This document shows positions 55,475 through 64,000 of a stretch of DNA of 64,000 nucleotides, piece by piece. The DNA lies in NCBI GenBank assembly GCA_964509735.1, contig CAZDYJ010000002.1, positions 481 through 64,480 of the forward strand, read 5' to 3'. Under the pieces are notes generated by a model. It was not told the origin of the DNA. It ran no database searches and was given only the letters and a program-made list of their open reading frames with translations. Source of the DNA: an uncultured Gammaproteobacteria bacterium. Lineage in GTDB: Bacteria; Patescibacteriota; Patescibacteriia; Patescibacteriales; UBA12465. Both the position numbers and the translations under genes were made by a program. The stretch's first letter is position 1, and each line of letters starts with the position of its first letter.

Positions 55475-56608
55475 TTAATCATTTTTTGGTCTATCAATTT
55501 CTAAAACTTCAATCTCACTTTTACCGTCGGTAATTTTAGTTATATCTTTATCAATTTTTTTAAACTCTTTATAAGCACTATTATAATGATTAACTGTTGT
55601 TGACATTGACATGCCTAACTTTTTCATAAACTCATCATAACTAGCGATATGTTTGCCAAGCTTTTCAATATTTTGTCTTATTTCCTTGGCTTTTTCTTCA
55701 ATTTGCATGGCCTTTAAGCCTTGGAGAACTGTTTGTAAATATGCTAAAAATGAGGTTGGAGAAACAATAATAACTTTTTTATCTCTAAAAGCATACTCGA
55801 TTAAATCTCGAGTATTAACTTTTACAGCTCCCACTTTATTAATTAATAAATCATAATAAATAGCTTCGGAAGGAATAAACATAAAAGCAAATTCCATGGT
55901 TCCTCTATCTGGCAAAACATATTTAGCTGTTTCATCAATACGATTTTTTAAATCTTTTTTAAATTCTTGTTCAAATTTTTCTCTACTTTCCTGGTCGCTA
56001 GCGTTTAAAATTCTTTCATAATTTTCTAAAGAAAATTTAGCATCAACCGGAATAACTTTATCCTTTACAAAAACAACTGCGTCAACAATTAAATCTTTAC
56101 CAGTTTTTTCATCCTTGCCTAACTTATATTGCATTTCATAAGATTTCGGCGGTAAAACATTTTTTAAAGTTTCTTCCAAAAAATATTCTCCCAAAACACC
56201 ACGCTGTTTAGGGTTTTTCAAAATATCTTGTAGGTTTTGTAACTGGGAAGAAAAATTAACAACCTGTCGATTTGTCTCATCAAGCTTGGCAAGTTTTTCG
56301 GTCACATCAGAAATTAATTTAGCTGATTGACCGCTAATACTTTGGACCGTTTTAATAGTTTGACCAAATTGTTCTTGGTTGGAGCGGTGAGTTTCTGATA
56401 ATTTTCTATCTAATTCTTGTCGTAATTCATTATTCTGTGCAACTAATTGGTTTAATTTTTCTGATTGCTGAATTAAGCGCTCAGACATAGAATCAAATTT
56501 ATCACCAGAACCAGAATTAGACTGTTTTTGGCGCAATAAAATAAAAATTACAGCCGCGAGACCAATTAAAAGAAGAATGGCTAAAATTATTACTAAAAGA
56601 TTATCCAT
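55475..56608 (-). CDS. rmuC: DNA recombination protein RmuC
   Basis: KQRGVLGE, PVDAKF, FAFMFIPSEA, VSPTSF; N-terminal TM plus coiled coil. Confidence 0.94.
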   Translation of the reverse strand: MDNLLVIILAILLLIGLAAVIFILLRQKQSNSGSGDKFDSMSERLIQQSEKLNQLVAQNNELRQELDRKLSETHRSNQEQFGQTIKTVQSISGQSAKLISDVTEKLAKLDETNRQVVNFSSQLQNLQDILKNPKQRGVLGEYFLEETLKNVLPPKSYEMQYKLGKDEKTGKDLIVDAVVFVKDKVIPVDAKFSLENYERILNASDQESREKFEQEFKKDLKNRIDETAKYVLPDRGTMEFAFMFIPSEAIYYDLLINKVGAVKVNTRDLIEYAFRDKKVIIVSPTSFLAYLQTVLQGLKAMQIEEKAKEIRQNIEKLGKHIASYDEFMKKLGMSMSTTVNHYNSAYKEFKKIDKDITKITDGKSEIEVLEIDRPKND

Positions 56609-56612
56609 GTTA

Positions 56613-57056
56613 TTAGTTTTTATTCTTTAATAAATCTCGAATTTCCACTAAAAGCTCCTGGTCTTTAGTTAAAGGTTTTGGTTTTTCCTCGGCCTCTTTT
56701 TTTTCTTCTTCAATAATTAATTTATTCTTTAGTCTGGTCATCATTTTAATAGCCAAGAATATAGAAATAGCAATAACTAAGAAATCAAAAATGTTTTGCA
56801 GAAAAATACCGATATTCATCGTCACAGCTGCCTTTATAATTTCCCCTGCTTCATTAATTTTCTCTGGACGTAAAATCCATTTCCAAATAGTAAAATCGAC
56901 GCCACTGGAAATTGCTCCAATAAGCGGCATAACAATATCTGCTACTAAAGATGAAACTATTTTTCCAAAAGCACCGCCAATTATAACGGCCACTGCTAAA
57001 TCAATAACATTTCCTTTAACAGCAAAGTTACGAAATTCTTGCCAATATTTTTTCAT
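56613..57056 (-). CDS. mscL: Large-conductance mechanosensitive channel
   Basis: FRNFAVKGNVIDLAVAVIIGGAFGKIVSSLVADIVMP, LLVEIRDLL. Confidence 0.98.
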   Translation of the reverse strand: MKKYWQEFRNFAVKGNVIDLAVAVIIGGAFGKIVSSLVADIVMPLIGAISSGVDFTIWKWILRPEKINEAGEIIKAAVTMNIGIFLQNIFDFLVIAISIFLAIKMMTRLKNKLIIEEEKKEAEEKPKPLTKDQELLVEIRDLLKNKN

Positions 57057-57068
57057 ATAATTCGTAAA

Positions 57069-57092
57069 TAAAACCGACTTAAGTCGGTTTTA
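57069..57092. terminator. Perfect 24-bp palindrome after gyrA (terminator-like)
   Basis: taaaaccgactt|aagtcggtttta. Confidence 0.7.
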
Positions 57093-57096
57093 AAAA

Positions 57097-59646
57097 TTAA
57101 ACCCAAGTTACGCCGGCGACTCTATCGTCATCTGCCTTAAAGCGCATAATTCTTACGCCTTGAGTATCACGGCCTAAAACACTAACTGATTTAAAAGGAG
57201 TTCTAATGACTTGCCCCTTCTCTGAAATAATAATTATATCCCTGTCTTCCATTGATTCAGCATTAACTAAAAATGCATCGGTTATTTCTCCTGTTTTGTC
57301 AGTTACTTTAGCAGTTTTAATTCCGCTTCCACCGCGACCCTGAACTTTATAAGAATTAAAATCAGTTCTCTTGCCAAAACCTCTGGCCATAATAGTAAGT
57401 ATTTGATAATTTCTTTTTCTCTCTTTATCAGTTTTAGCAACACCCATACCAATTACTTCGTCTTTGCCGTGTAAACGAATACCAATAACACCAGCCGCTC
57501 CTCTGCCCATGTCACGAACATCTTCTTCTTTAAAGCGAATGGCTTGGCCCTTGGAACTTACAAGTTGAATATGATCACTGCCAGAAGTCGGCTTTACCCA
57601 AGCTAGCTTATCATTTTCTTTTATTTTAATCGCGATTAACCCGTTTCTTCTTACATTTTTAAAAGCTTCAAGTTCAACTTTTTTCACTAGTCCCTTAGCT
57701 GTTGCAAAAAATAAGTATTTACTAAAAATAGCTTTTTCAAGAGGTAAGACAGAGGAAATCTGTTCACCGCTAAGTAGTTGTAAAAAGTTAACTACCGGAG
57801 TGCCTTTAGCGATTCTGGAGCTTTGGGGAATTTCATAAACTTTTAACTGAAAAGCACGTCCTTTAGTAGTAAAGAATAAAACATCATTATGAGTCTGAGA
57901 GCTAAACATAAACTCAACCATATCCTCTTCTTTGGTGGTTAAGCCAACTACACCTTTGCCACCTCTGGCCTGAACTTTAAAAGTATCTGGCTCAAGACGT
58001 TTTATATAACCATCTCTTGTCATCATAACAACAGTTTCTTCGTTTGGCACCAAGTCTTCAAAGTTAAAATCTTTAATACCATGAGGAACAACATCGGTTC
58101 GGCGCTCATCGCCATATTTATCAACTAAAACTTGTAGCTCATCTTTAACAATTGATCTAATTTTAGTAACTGATTTCAAAATAGCTTCAAGTTCTTTTAT
58201 AAGTTGTAATTTTTCTTTTAATTCGTCATCTATTTTTTTCTGCTCTAAGTTAGCTAAGCTTTGTAAACGCATTTCCAAAATAGCGACTGCTTGTTTTTCG
58301 GAAAGTTTAAACTTTTTAATTAAATTAACTTTAGCTATTTCTTTGTCTTTTGAAGCTTTAATGGTTTTTATAACTTCATCAATATTCTTTAAAGCAATCA
58401 TTAAGCCTTCTAAAATATGAGCTCTATCTTTAGCTTTGTTTAAATCAAATTGAGTGCGACGTTTAATAACTTCTTCTCGGTGTTTAATGTACTCCTCTAA
58501 AATCATTTTCAAAGTTAAAACGCGAGGTTGAATTCCATCAACCAGTGCTAACATATTAAAATGAAAAGTAGTTTGGAGATTTGTATTTTTATACAAACTA
58601 TTTAAAATCTTTTTTGGATAAGAATCTTTTTTAAGTTCAATAACTACACGAACACCGTCTTTATCAGACTCGTCACGCAAGGCTTTTATGCCTTCAATCT
58701 TCTTTTCTTTTACTAAGTCGGCGATTTTTTCCACTAAATCAGCTTTATTAACTTGGTATGGAATTTCTCTAATTATAATTCTAAAGCTGCCATTTTTTTC
58801 TTCTTCTATATCAGCTTTACCACGTAAAACAACCCCGCCACGACCAGTTGCATAAGCAGTTAAAATATCTTTTTTATCATAAATTATGCCGCCAGTTGGA
58901 AAATCAGGACCTTTAACAAATTCTGCCAAATCTTCAACGCTGGCCTCAGGATTTTCGATTAAATGATTTATAGCAGAAGCTAATTCTCTTAGATTATGAG
59001 GCGGAATATTTGTTGCCATACCAACCGCTATACCCATCGTGCCGTTTAATAATAAATTAGGGAGTTTAGCTGGTAAAACGCGAGGTTCTTTGTGGCTGCC
59101 GTCAAAGTTAGGAATAAAATCAACCGTATTCTTTTCAATATCATAAAGCATCTCCTCAGAAATAGCTGCTAATTTTGCTTCGGTATAACGCATCGCCGCC
59201 GCATTATCTCCGTCCATAGAACCAAAGTTTCCCTGTCCGCGAACAAGCGGATAACGCATAGAGAAATCCTGGGCCATACGAACCATGGAGTTATAAACAG
59301 CACTATCGCCATGTGGATGATATTTACCTAAAACTTCACCGACAACAGTGGCGGATTTACGAAATTTTACATTAGCTCTTAAACCAATACTCCACATCGC
59401 GTATAAAATACGACGATGAACAGGTTTTAAACCATCTCGAACATCAGGTAAAGCACGAGAAACAATAACACTCATCGCATAGTCTAAATATGATTTAGAC
59501 ATTTCGTCGACTATTGGCTGTTCTTCAATTAAACCATATTCTGTTCGAACGCGAACATTTCCAGAAGCAGAAATTAACTCTTCTTTTTCTTTAATGGTTT
59601 CATCTTTCTCCTTGTTCTCCTCGACAGGATTTTCTTTTTTAGACAT
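57097..59646 (-). CDS. gyrA: DNA gyrase subunit A
   Basis: [28 protein letters not shown], GyrA box QARGGKG. Confidence 0.98.
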   Translation of the reverse strand: MSKKENPVEENKEKDETIKEKEELISASGNVRVRTEYGLIEEQPIVDEMSKSYLDYAMSVIVSRALPDVRDGLKPVHRRILYAMWSIGLRANVKFRKSATVVGEVLGKYHPHGDSAVYNSMVRMAQDFSMRYPLVRGQGNFGSMDGDNAAAMRYTEAKLAAISEEMLYDIEKNTVDFIPNFDGSHKEPRVLPAKLPNLLLNGTMGIAVGMATNIPPHNLRELASAINHLIENPEASVEDLAEFVKGPDFPTGGIIYDKKDILTAYATGRGGVVLRGKADIEEEKNGSFRIIIREIPYQVNKADLVEKIADLVKEKKIEGIKALRDESDKDGVRVVIELKKDSYPKKILNSLYKNTNLQTTFHFNMLALVDGIQPRVLTLKMILEEYIKHREEVIKRRTQFDLNKAKDRAHILEGLMIALKNIDEVIKTIKASKDKEIAKVNLIKKFKLSEKQAVAILEMRLQSLANLEQKKIDDELKEKLQLIKELEAILKSVTKIRSIVKDELQVLVDKYGDERRTDVVPHGIKDFNFEDLVPNEETVVMMTRDGYIKRLEPDTFKVQARGGKGVVGLTTKEEDMVEFMFSSQTHNDVLFFTTKGRAFQLKVYEIPQSSRIAKGTPVVNFLQLLSGEQISSVLPLEKAIFSKYLFFATAKGLVKKVELEAFKNVRRNGLIAIKIKENDKLAWVKPTSGSDHIQLVSSKGQAIRFKEEDVRDMGRGAAGVIGIRLHGKDEVIGMGVAKTDKERKRNYQILTIMARGFGKRTDFNSYKVQGRGGSGIKTAKVTDKTGEITDAFLVNAESMEDRDIIIISEKGQVIRTPFKSVSVLGRDTQGVRIMRFKADDDRVAGVTWV

Positions 59647-59683
59647 AAAACTTTTATTTTCTTTTCTTGACTCTGATTAAAAA

Positions 59684-60133
59684 TTAATAAACTGGAACAG
59701 TTATGCCCTCGCAGTTAGGAGGAATAACACAGGGCCTCGCTTCGCCTATCGTCGGCATACAATTTATATAAGGCGGACAATTGGAATTATTTTGAGCTGG
59801 TAAGACATTACTTTCTTCTTCAGGTAAAGAGCTTTCTTCTTTAGCTGGCTGATTTATATTTTCATTTTCAGGTAAAGCAGTTTCTTTATTTTTTTCTATC
59901 TCATTTTCAGCGATAGTTTCTATTTTTTTTGCCTCCGAATTAACTTTGTCAAAAAAATCGGAAAAATCCTGTTTAAGATTGTCTATTTCTTCTGTTTCTC
60001 GTAAAGACGCTTCTTCTTGAATTCTTTGCAACTCACTTTTCATGTTAAAAACCCAAACAAGCAATACAAGCAAAGCAACACTTAGAACTAAAACCCAGAG
60101 AAGGAAAAGTTTTTTACGATTTTCAGCTTCCAT
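59684..60133 (-). CDS. Hypothetical membrane-anchored protein with C-terminal 4-Cys motif
   Basis: N-terminal TM, acidic linker, CPPYINCMP...PCVIPPNC. Confidence 0.75.
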   Translation of the reverse strand: MEAENRKKLFLLWVLVLSVALLVLLVWVFNMKSELQRIQEEASLRETEEIDNLKQDFSDFFDKVNSEAKKIETIAENEIEKNKETALPENENINQPAKEESSLPEEESNVLPAQNNSNCPPYINCMPTIGEARPCVIPPNCEGITVPVY

Positions 60134-60143
60134 ATTTTTATGT

Positions 60144-60746
60144 TTATTCTTTTATTGAATCTAAATTAACGTCATATAGAATCTGCTCAGCAATTAGACG
60201 ATAAGAAATAAGTTCTTCAGGGCTAAACCAAATAGGAATTTCTCGCTCAGCATCTTCTACTGGGTCAGAACAATGGATAAGATTTCTAACCGCTCGGCCG
60301 TCGAGATTAGCTAATTCATAAGAGTCTAAAGTATAATCCCCGCGTATAGTGCCAGCTTCAGAACTTAAAGGTTCAGTTGAGCCAACAATTTTTTTAACAA
60401 TTCCAACCGCCTGATTACCTTCAAAAATCATAGGCACAATCGGCCCACAAGTCATAAAACTAACTAAAGCACGAATAATATCTTTTCCGTATTCTATAGC
60501 CTCTTTTTCTATTGGCATACCAAGATTTTCTCTTTCTTTTATGGTCTGTTCGCCTTTTTTGATAAACCAAGCATCATCTTTAGAATAATGACTCCAAAGC
60601 TGTTCTTCTGTGGCCATAGTAAACTTTAAAGCTACTAATTTTAAACCGGTTTTTTCTAAACGTTTAATACTTTCACCAATAAGTCCGCGTTGGACAGCGT
60701 CTGGCTTTAAAATAACAAGAGTTCTTTCTTTCTTCGGATTTAACAT
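60144..60746 (-). CDS. ndk: Nucleoside diphosphate kinase
   Basis: ERTLVILKPDAVQRGL, GTIRGDY, NLIHCSD. Confidence 0.96.
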   Translation of the reverse strand: MLNPKKERTLVILKPDAVQRGLIGESIKRLEKTGLKLVALKFTMATEEQLWSHYSKDDAWFIKKGEQTIKERENLGMPIEKEAIEYGKDIIRALVSFMTCGPIVPMIFEGNQAVGIVKKIVGSTEPLSSEAGTIRGDYTLDSYELANLDGRAVRNLIHCSDPVEDAEREIPIWFSPEELISYRLIAEQILYDVNLDSIKE

Positions 60747-60767
60747 AAATTTTATAATCTTATAATA

Positions 60768-61412
60768 TTAATAACTTAAAATAACTAACTCCATATCTTC
60801 TTGAGGTAAATCTTTTTTAGAGATTTTTAATTTTTCCTCATAAGTAGGCTTTATACCAATTTCTTTTATAAATTTTTCTAGAGGCTCTAAATCAAATTTT
60901 AAACCCTCCACTTGATAGTGCATAGGGATAACTATTCTCGGTTCAATTTGAGAAATGACTTCAACCGCTTTTTTAGCATCAAGGGTATATTTTCCGCCCA
61001 CTGGAACAATTAAAATATCAGTGCCGGATAATTTTTCTAACTGATCGTTATCGAGAGAGTGAGCTAAATCACCTAAATGACTAATAGAGATATCATCTAT
61101 TTCAATTCTATAAATAGTATTATGCCCTCTATCAGCTCCTTTATTCTCATCATGAAAAGAATCAATTCCTTGAATTAAAACATCTTTACAATCATATTCT
61201 CCAGGAGAGTTTATAATAAAAGGAGTGCCTCTTAAAGCGCCAGTATTATTATGGTCGTGATGGTTATGAGAAACGGTAATTATATCAGCTTCAAAATTAG
61301 GAACTTTTAAACCAGTTTCTTTATCAAAAGGATCAGTTACTAAAGTAATTCCGTCCGTTCCCTGCTTGTCCTGAATTTTAAAACAGGAATGTCCTTGCCA
61401 AGTAATAATCAT
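60768..61412 (-). CDS. Metallo-beta-lactamase fold hydrolase
   Basis: ITWQGHSCF, VTDP, SHNHHDH, HLGDL, PVGG, IPMHY. Confidence 0.92.
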   Translation of the reverse strand: MIITWQGHSCFKIQDKQGTDGITLVTDPFDKETGLKVPNFEADIITVSHNHHDHNNTGALRGTPFIINSPGEYDCKDVLIQGIDSFHDENKGADRGHNTIYRIEIDDISISHLGDLAHSLDNDQLEKLSGTDILIVPVGGKYTLDAKKAVEVISQIEPRIVIPMHYQVEGLKFDLEPLEKFIKEIGIKPTYEEKLKISKKDLPQEDMELVILSY

Positions 61413-61458
61413 AAAATTTTACAAAAAAACAATAAAAATAGGCCTTAAAACCTATCCT

Positions 61459-61488
61459 AATTATAGCAAAGCCAAGTTCAAAGGTCAA
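61459..61488 (-). promoter_or_regulatory. Promoter for the MBL-ndk-gyrA run
   Basis: TTGACC-N17-TATAAT with extended -10 TG. Confidence 0.7.
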
Positions 61489-61625
61489 CCAGAAAAATAT
61501 AAGCAAAATAAGATAAATACTTCTTGAAAAAGAAAAAAGAGCGAATAAAAAAAGTTCACTCTTTTAATGATTAAAAGAAAAAAGAGCGGCCCTAAAGCAC
61601 GCTCTTGTAAAAAATTGTCAGTTAT

Positions 61626-62591
61626 TTACCTGCCGAATAAAATTAAATTATCCGGCTCAATGGAAACCGTATTTTCACCATTTTTTTTGTCGGCAAAAAT
61701 CGGCTTCCTTTTTTGGTCATTAATCATAAGCAGTAGCACGGCTTGGACTGGCATGTTTTTCTCGTTCAAATATTGAACAGGAATAACATTCCAACCCACT
61801 CGTAAATCAAGTTTCATCATTCCATTTGCCGGAATAACTTTGCCTTGATTTTCATAAGCGACGATTAAAAAGTCGATAGGAAGATAATTTCTAACAACTT
61901 TCTGAATCTGCACTCCTGAAGAAACTTCCCTTAAGTCATTATCAGTGATCCGTAAGGTGTCTTGACCTTCAACCACAATCTTACTTATAACCGACCACTT
62001 ATGAAGGCGACCGGTTGATAAGGAGTCTGGTTCTGGATCGTAATATACTGGAAATGTGTATACTCCAGTCCCTAATGTAATAGACTTGGCGGAAGCTTGT
62101 TCCGCCTCAAGTGCCATACCTTTAAAAGGATAGGCTAAAGCTAAAACCCTTACAGATGACTCGTTTTTTGCAACGAGTGTTGTTTCGCTCCAAAAGTCCT
62201 GATCACCCTTTGACTGATTTGAATAATCGGTTTGAGCGGGAGAAAAACTCTCCTTAACTTTCTCGGGCTCTTTCTCGGCCTTTTGAAGTTTGGCGGGTGT
62301 GTTGTCTTCAAGCTCAAAATTTCTAAGAGCCATGCGACCTTTTGAAGTTTGGCGTTTTGCTATTCCCAAGGGAACATGCTTAAAGCCATCATAGCGACCG
62401 AGTTTAAACTCAGCCAAGCCATCAGCTGGCAAAAAATGAACATAAGCCGAACTTTTTGGGTTTATCACGACTTCCTCATGTCCATTTAAGGACATAATAG
62501 TTGCCTTGCTGTCGGTTGAGTTTAAAACTCTAACTTGAGCAAAGGAAACCACGGTAAGTGTTGTTAAAAAAATTAATAGCAGGTTTTTCAT
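61626..62591 (-). CDS. Hypothetical secreted beta-rich protein
   Basis: Signal peptide (SFA-Q), AGGAGG 8 nt before ATG, ATGA overlap with the upstream gene. Confidence 0.75.
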   Translation of the reverse strand: MKNLLLIFLTTLTVVSFAQVRVLNSTDSKATIMSLNGHEEVVINPKSSAYVHFLPADGLAEFKLGRYDGFKHVPLGIAKRQTSKGRMALRNFELEDNTPAKLQKAEKEPEKVKESFSPAQTDYSNQSKGDQDFWSETTLVAKNESSVRVLALAYPFKGMALEAEQASAKSITLGTGVYTFPVYYDPEPDSLSTGRLHKWSVISKIVVEGQDTLRITDNDLREVSSGVQIQKVVRNYLPIDFLIVAYENQGKVIPANGMMKLDLRVGWNVIPVQYLNEKNMPVQAVLLLMINDQKRKPIFADKKNGENTVSIEPDNLILFGR

Positions 62592-63094
62592 TTCTGTTTC
62601 CTCCTATTTTTTTTAACATCGACACCAACAGCCTTTTGGTCGGCGTAATACTTTTTCTCATAGCCTTTTTGGTTTTTTGGCCTTTTAGTTGCAGCTTTTG
62701 CCTGACTATAGTTCGATTCTTTCATGGCTTTTTTAGCTTTAAGTTTATAATAAAGCCTGGTCCTTTGAAACCAATTGAAGTTCGAGTCGTTTCGATTAGG
62801 TTGATTATTTTTCCAGTTCCTTTGAGCCTTCTTCGTTAAAGAAGTTGGCTGCCAAGGTGAATGAAAACGGTCGTTTCCGACTCTGTCTTTTCGGCCATCT
62901 TTATCGACTTCGGCTTCAAAATTGAAGTCGCCTTCGAGGTCAAAATCAACTTCAAAATCTTCTTCAAAATCGAAGTCGTCTTCGAAGTCAAATTCGCTTG
63001 TAAGCTCAGCTTCAACCTCAGTCTCAACCGCCAAGGCGGGAAACTTTAGGCTAAAAATAGCTAAAAATAGCAAAAAAATTAGCAAATTTTTCAT
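62588..63094 (-). CDS. Hypothetical secreted protein, acidic DFDFE-repeat half and basic half
   Basis: Signal peptide, 6-aa periodic DFDFED repeats, K/R-rich C-terminus, SD and promoter upstream. Confidence 0.7.
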   Translation of the reverse strand: MKNLLIFLLFLAIFSLKFPALAVETEVEAELTSEFDFEDDFDFEEDFEVDFDLEGDFNFEAEVDKDGRKDRVGNDRFHSPWQPTSLTKKAQRNWKNNQPNRNDSNFNWFQRTRLYYKLKAKKAMKESNYSQAKAATKRPKNQKGYEKKYYADQKAVGVDVKKNRRKQK

Positions 63095-63170
63095 GATATA
63101 GGGCCTCCTTCGCCCTTTCTTTTTATTATTTATTTATTAATGTTCTGGTTATTATGATAACTGACTCTGT

Positions 63171-63199
63171 ATTATATCATAGAATGATAAAAAAGTCAA
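63171..63199 (-). promoter_or_regulatory. Near-consensus promoter for the two-gene islet
   Basis: TTGACT-N17-TATAAT with extended -10 TG. Confidence 0.75.
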
Positions 63200-63256
63200 C
63201 CTTTTTAAAGAAAAAATACCTAGACCTAAGCTTTTCAAATTTTCTACCAAAATAGT

Positions 63257-64000
63257 TTAAAAATAGAAAAATATATCACCGCTAATATCAGTTCTTAGAG
63301 TTTCTATGTTCATATATTCTAAGAGCTCGAGAGTCTCCTGGCTGGGATGATTAAAGCGATTATTTTCACCTACTAAAATAACACAAGTTTTAGGTGAAAC
63401 CATTTTTAAAAAATCTTCTGAATTAGAAGTTTTAGAACCGTGATGCGAAGCTTTAAAAACATCAGCTCGTAAATTAAAATTAGTCTTAAGTAAAGCGTTC
63501 TCCACTTCAAGCTCATTATCTCCAGAAAATAAAAATGTTTGCCCCTTGCAGCTAAGCTTTTGAATTAAAGAATTGTTTCCGCAATCAGAAACACCTAAAG
63601 AATTTGGATCAAGGATGAATAAAGAACAATCTTTTTCAAAATTTAAATTAGTTTCCCCAGAAAAAGGATAAATATTTTTTGCCCCTACAGAAAATTTTGA
63701 TTTAGCAAAATAATTAGCCGCTGTTTCTAAAAACAAAGAAATAGTTATTCTCTTAGGACTATCTTTAGAATAAAAAATATTGGCAACGGAGTAACGTTTT
63801 ACAAGCTCAACTAAACCAACCGAGTGATCATCATGATAATGACTTAAAAAAATAAAATCTAGTTGCCGAGAAAAATAAGGAAGCTCTTTTCCGAGTTTTT
63901 GTAAAACATAATTATCTGGACCACCATCAATTAAAATATTTTCTCCGCTAGGCAGACGAATTAAAATCGCATCACCTTGGCCAACATCAAAAAATATGAC
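63257..64000 (-). CDS. ComEC/Rec2-type metallo-beta-lactamase domain protein (3' part; start outside window)
   Basis: Frame open to the edge: VIFFDVGQGDAILI..LIDGGP..LSHYHDDH..NNSL..FSGD..KASHHGSKTS..NRFNHP..RTD. Confidence 0.9.
   Translation of the reverse strand, partial: VIFFDVGQGDAILIRLPSGENILIDGGPDNYVLQKLGKELPYFSRQLDFIFLSHYHDDHSVGLVELVKRYSVANIFYSKDSPKRITISLFLETAANYFAKSKFSVGAKNIYPFSGETNLNFEKDCSLFILDPNSLGVSDCGNNSLIQKLSCKGQTFLFSGDNELEVENALLKTNFNLRADVFKASHHGSKTSNSEDFLKMVSPKTCVILVGENNRFNHPSQETLELLEYMNIETLRTDISGDIFFYF

Noticed and set aside
64-63049. Short antisense or alternate-frame ORFs from the track (e.g. 64-282, 14603-14815, 15529-16005, 40830-41327, 56791-57060, 61567-61776, 62558-62839)
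   Set aside because: They overlap well-supported genes or terminators and show no recognisable motifs; treated as shadow ORFs.
1-64000. Alternative genetic code (TGA = Gly/Trp)
   Set aside because: Long conserved genes are open under code 11, and TGA ends genes at sensible operon junctions (46143, 62588).

Overview
AT-rich bacterial chromosomal window. TGA acts as stop (code 11) and nearly all genes lie on the minus strand. Gene content (VirB2/TrbC-type pilin fusions, DxDxDG-repeat membrane proteins, short RelA, mostly SD-less starts) suggests Patescibacteria/CPR, possibly Ca. Falkowbacteria; this is inference only. Housekeeping genes: ftsEX, ftsB-like, ftsAZ, secDF, clpP, relA/spoT, hisS, rpsU, lepB, queA, ruvB, UvrD-nuclease, radC, rmuC, mscL, gyrA, ndk, a ComEC-like gene and tRNA-Thr(CGT). 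Most notable observations: (1) a class III ribonucleotide reductase whose glycyl-radical segment is a separate 46-aa ORF (9392-9532, missed by the ORF track) with its own candidate promoter, directly upstream of nrdG; (2) a GNAT + RaSEA/Elp3-like radical SAM pair followed by an orphan 7TM histidine kinase and queA; (3) a 14-kb locus of pilin-fused giant Cys-rich surface proteins; (4) an RlpA-peptidase S11 fusion heading the ftsEX operon; (5) an orphan promoter driving a multi-hairpin candidate RNA upstream of nrdR. No CRISPR array, IS, prophage or rRNA was seen. All calls come from motif recognition by eye, with no database searches.
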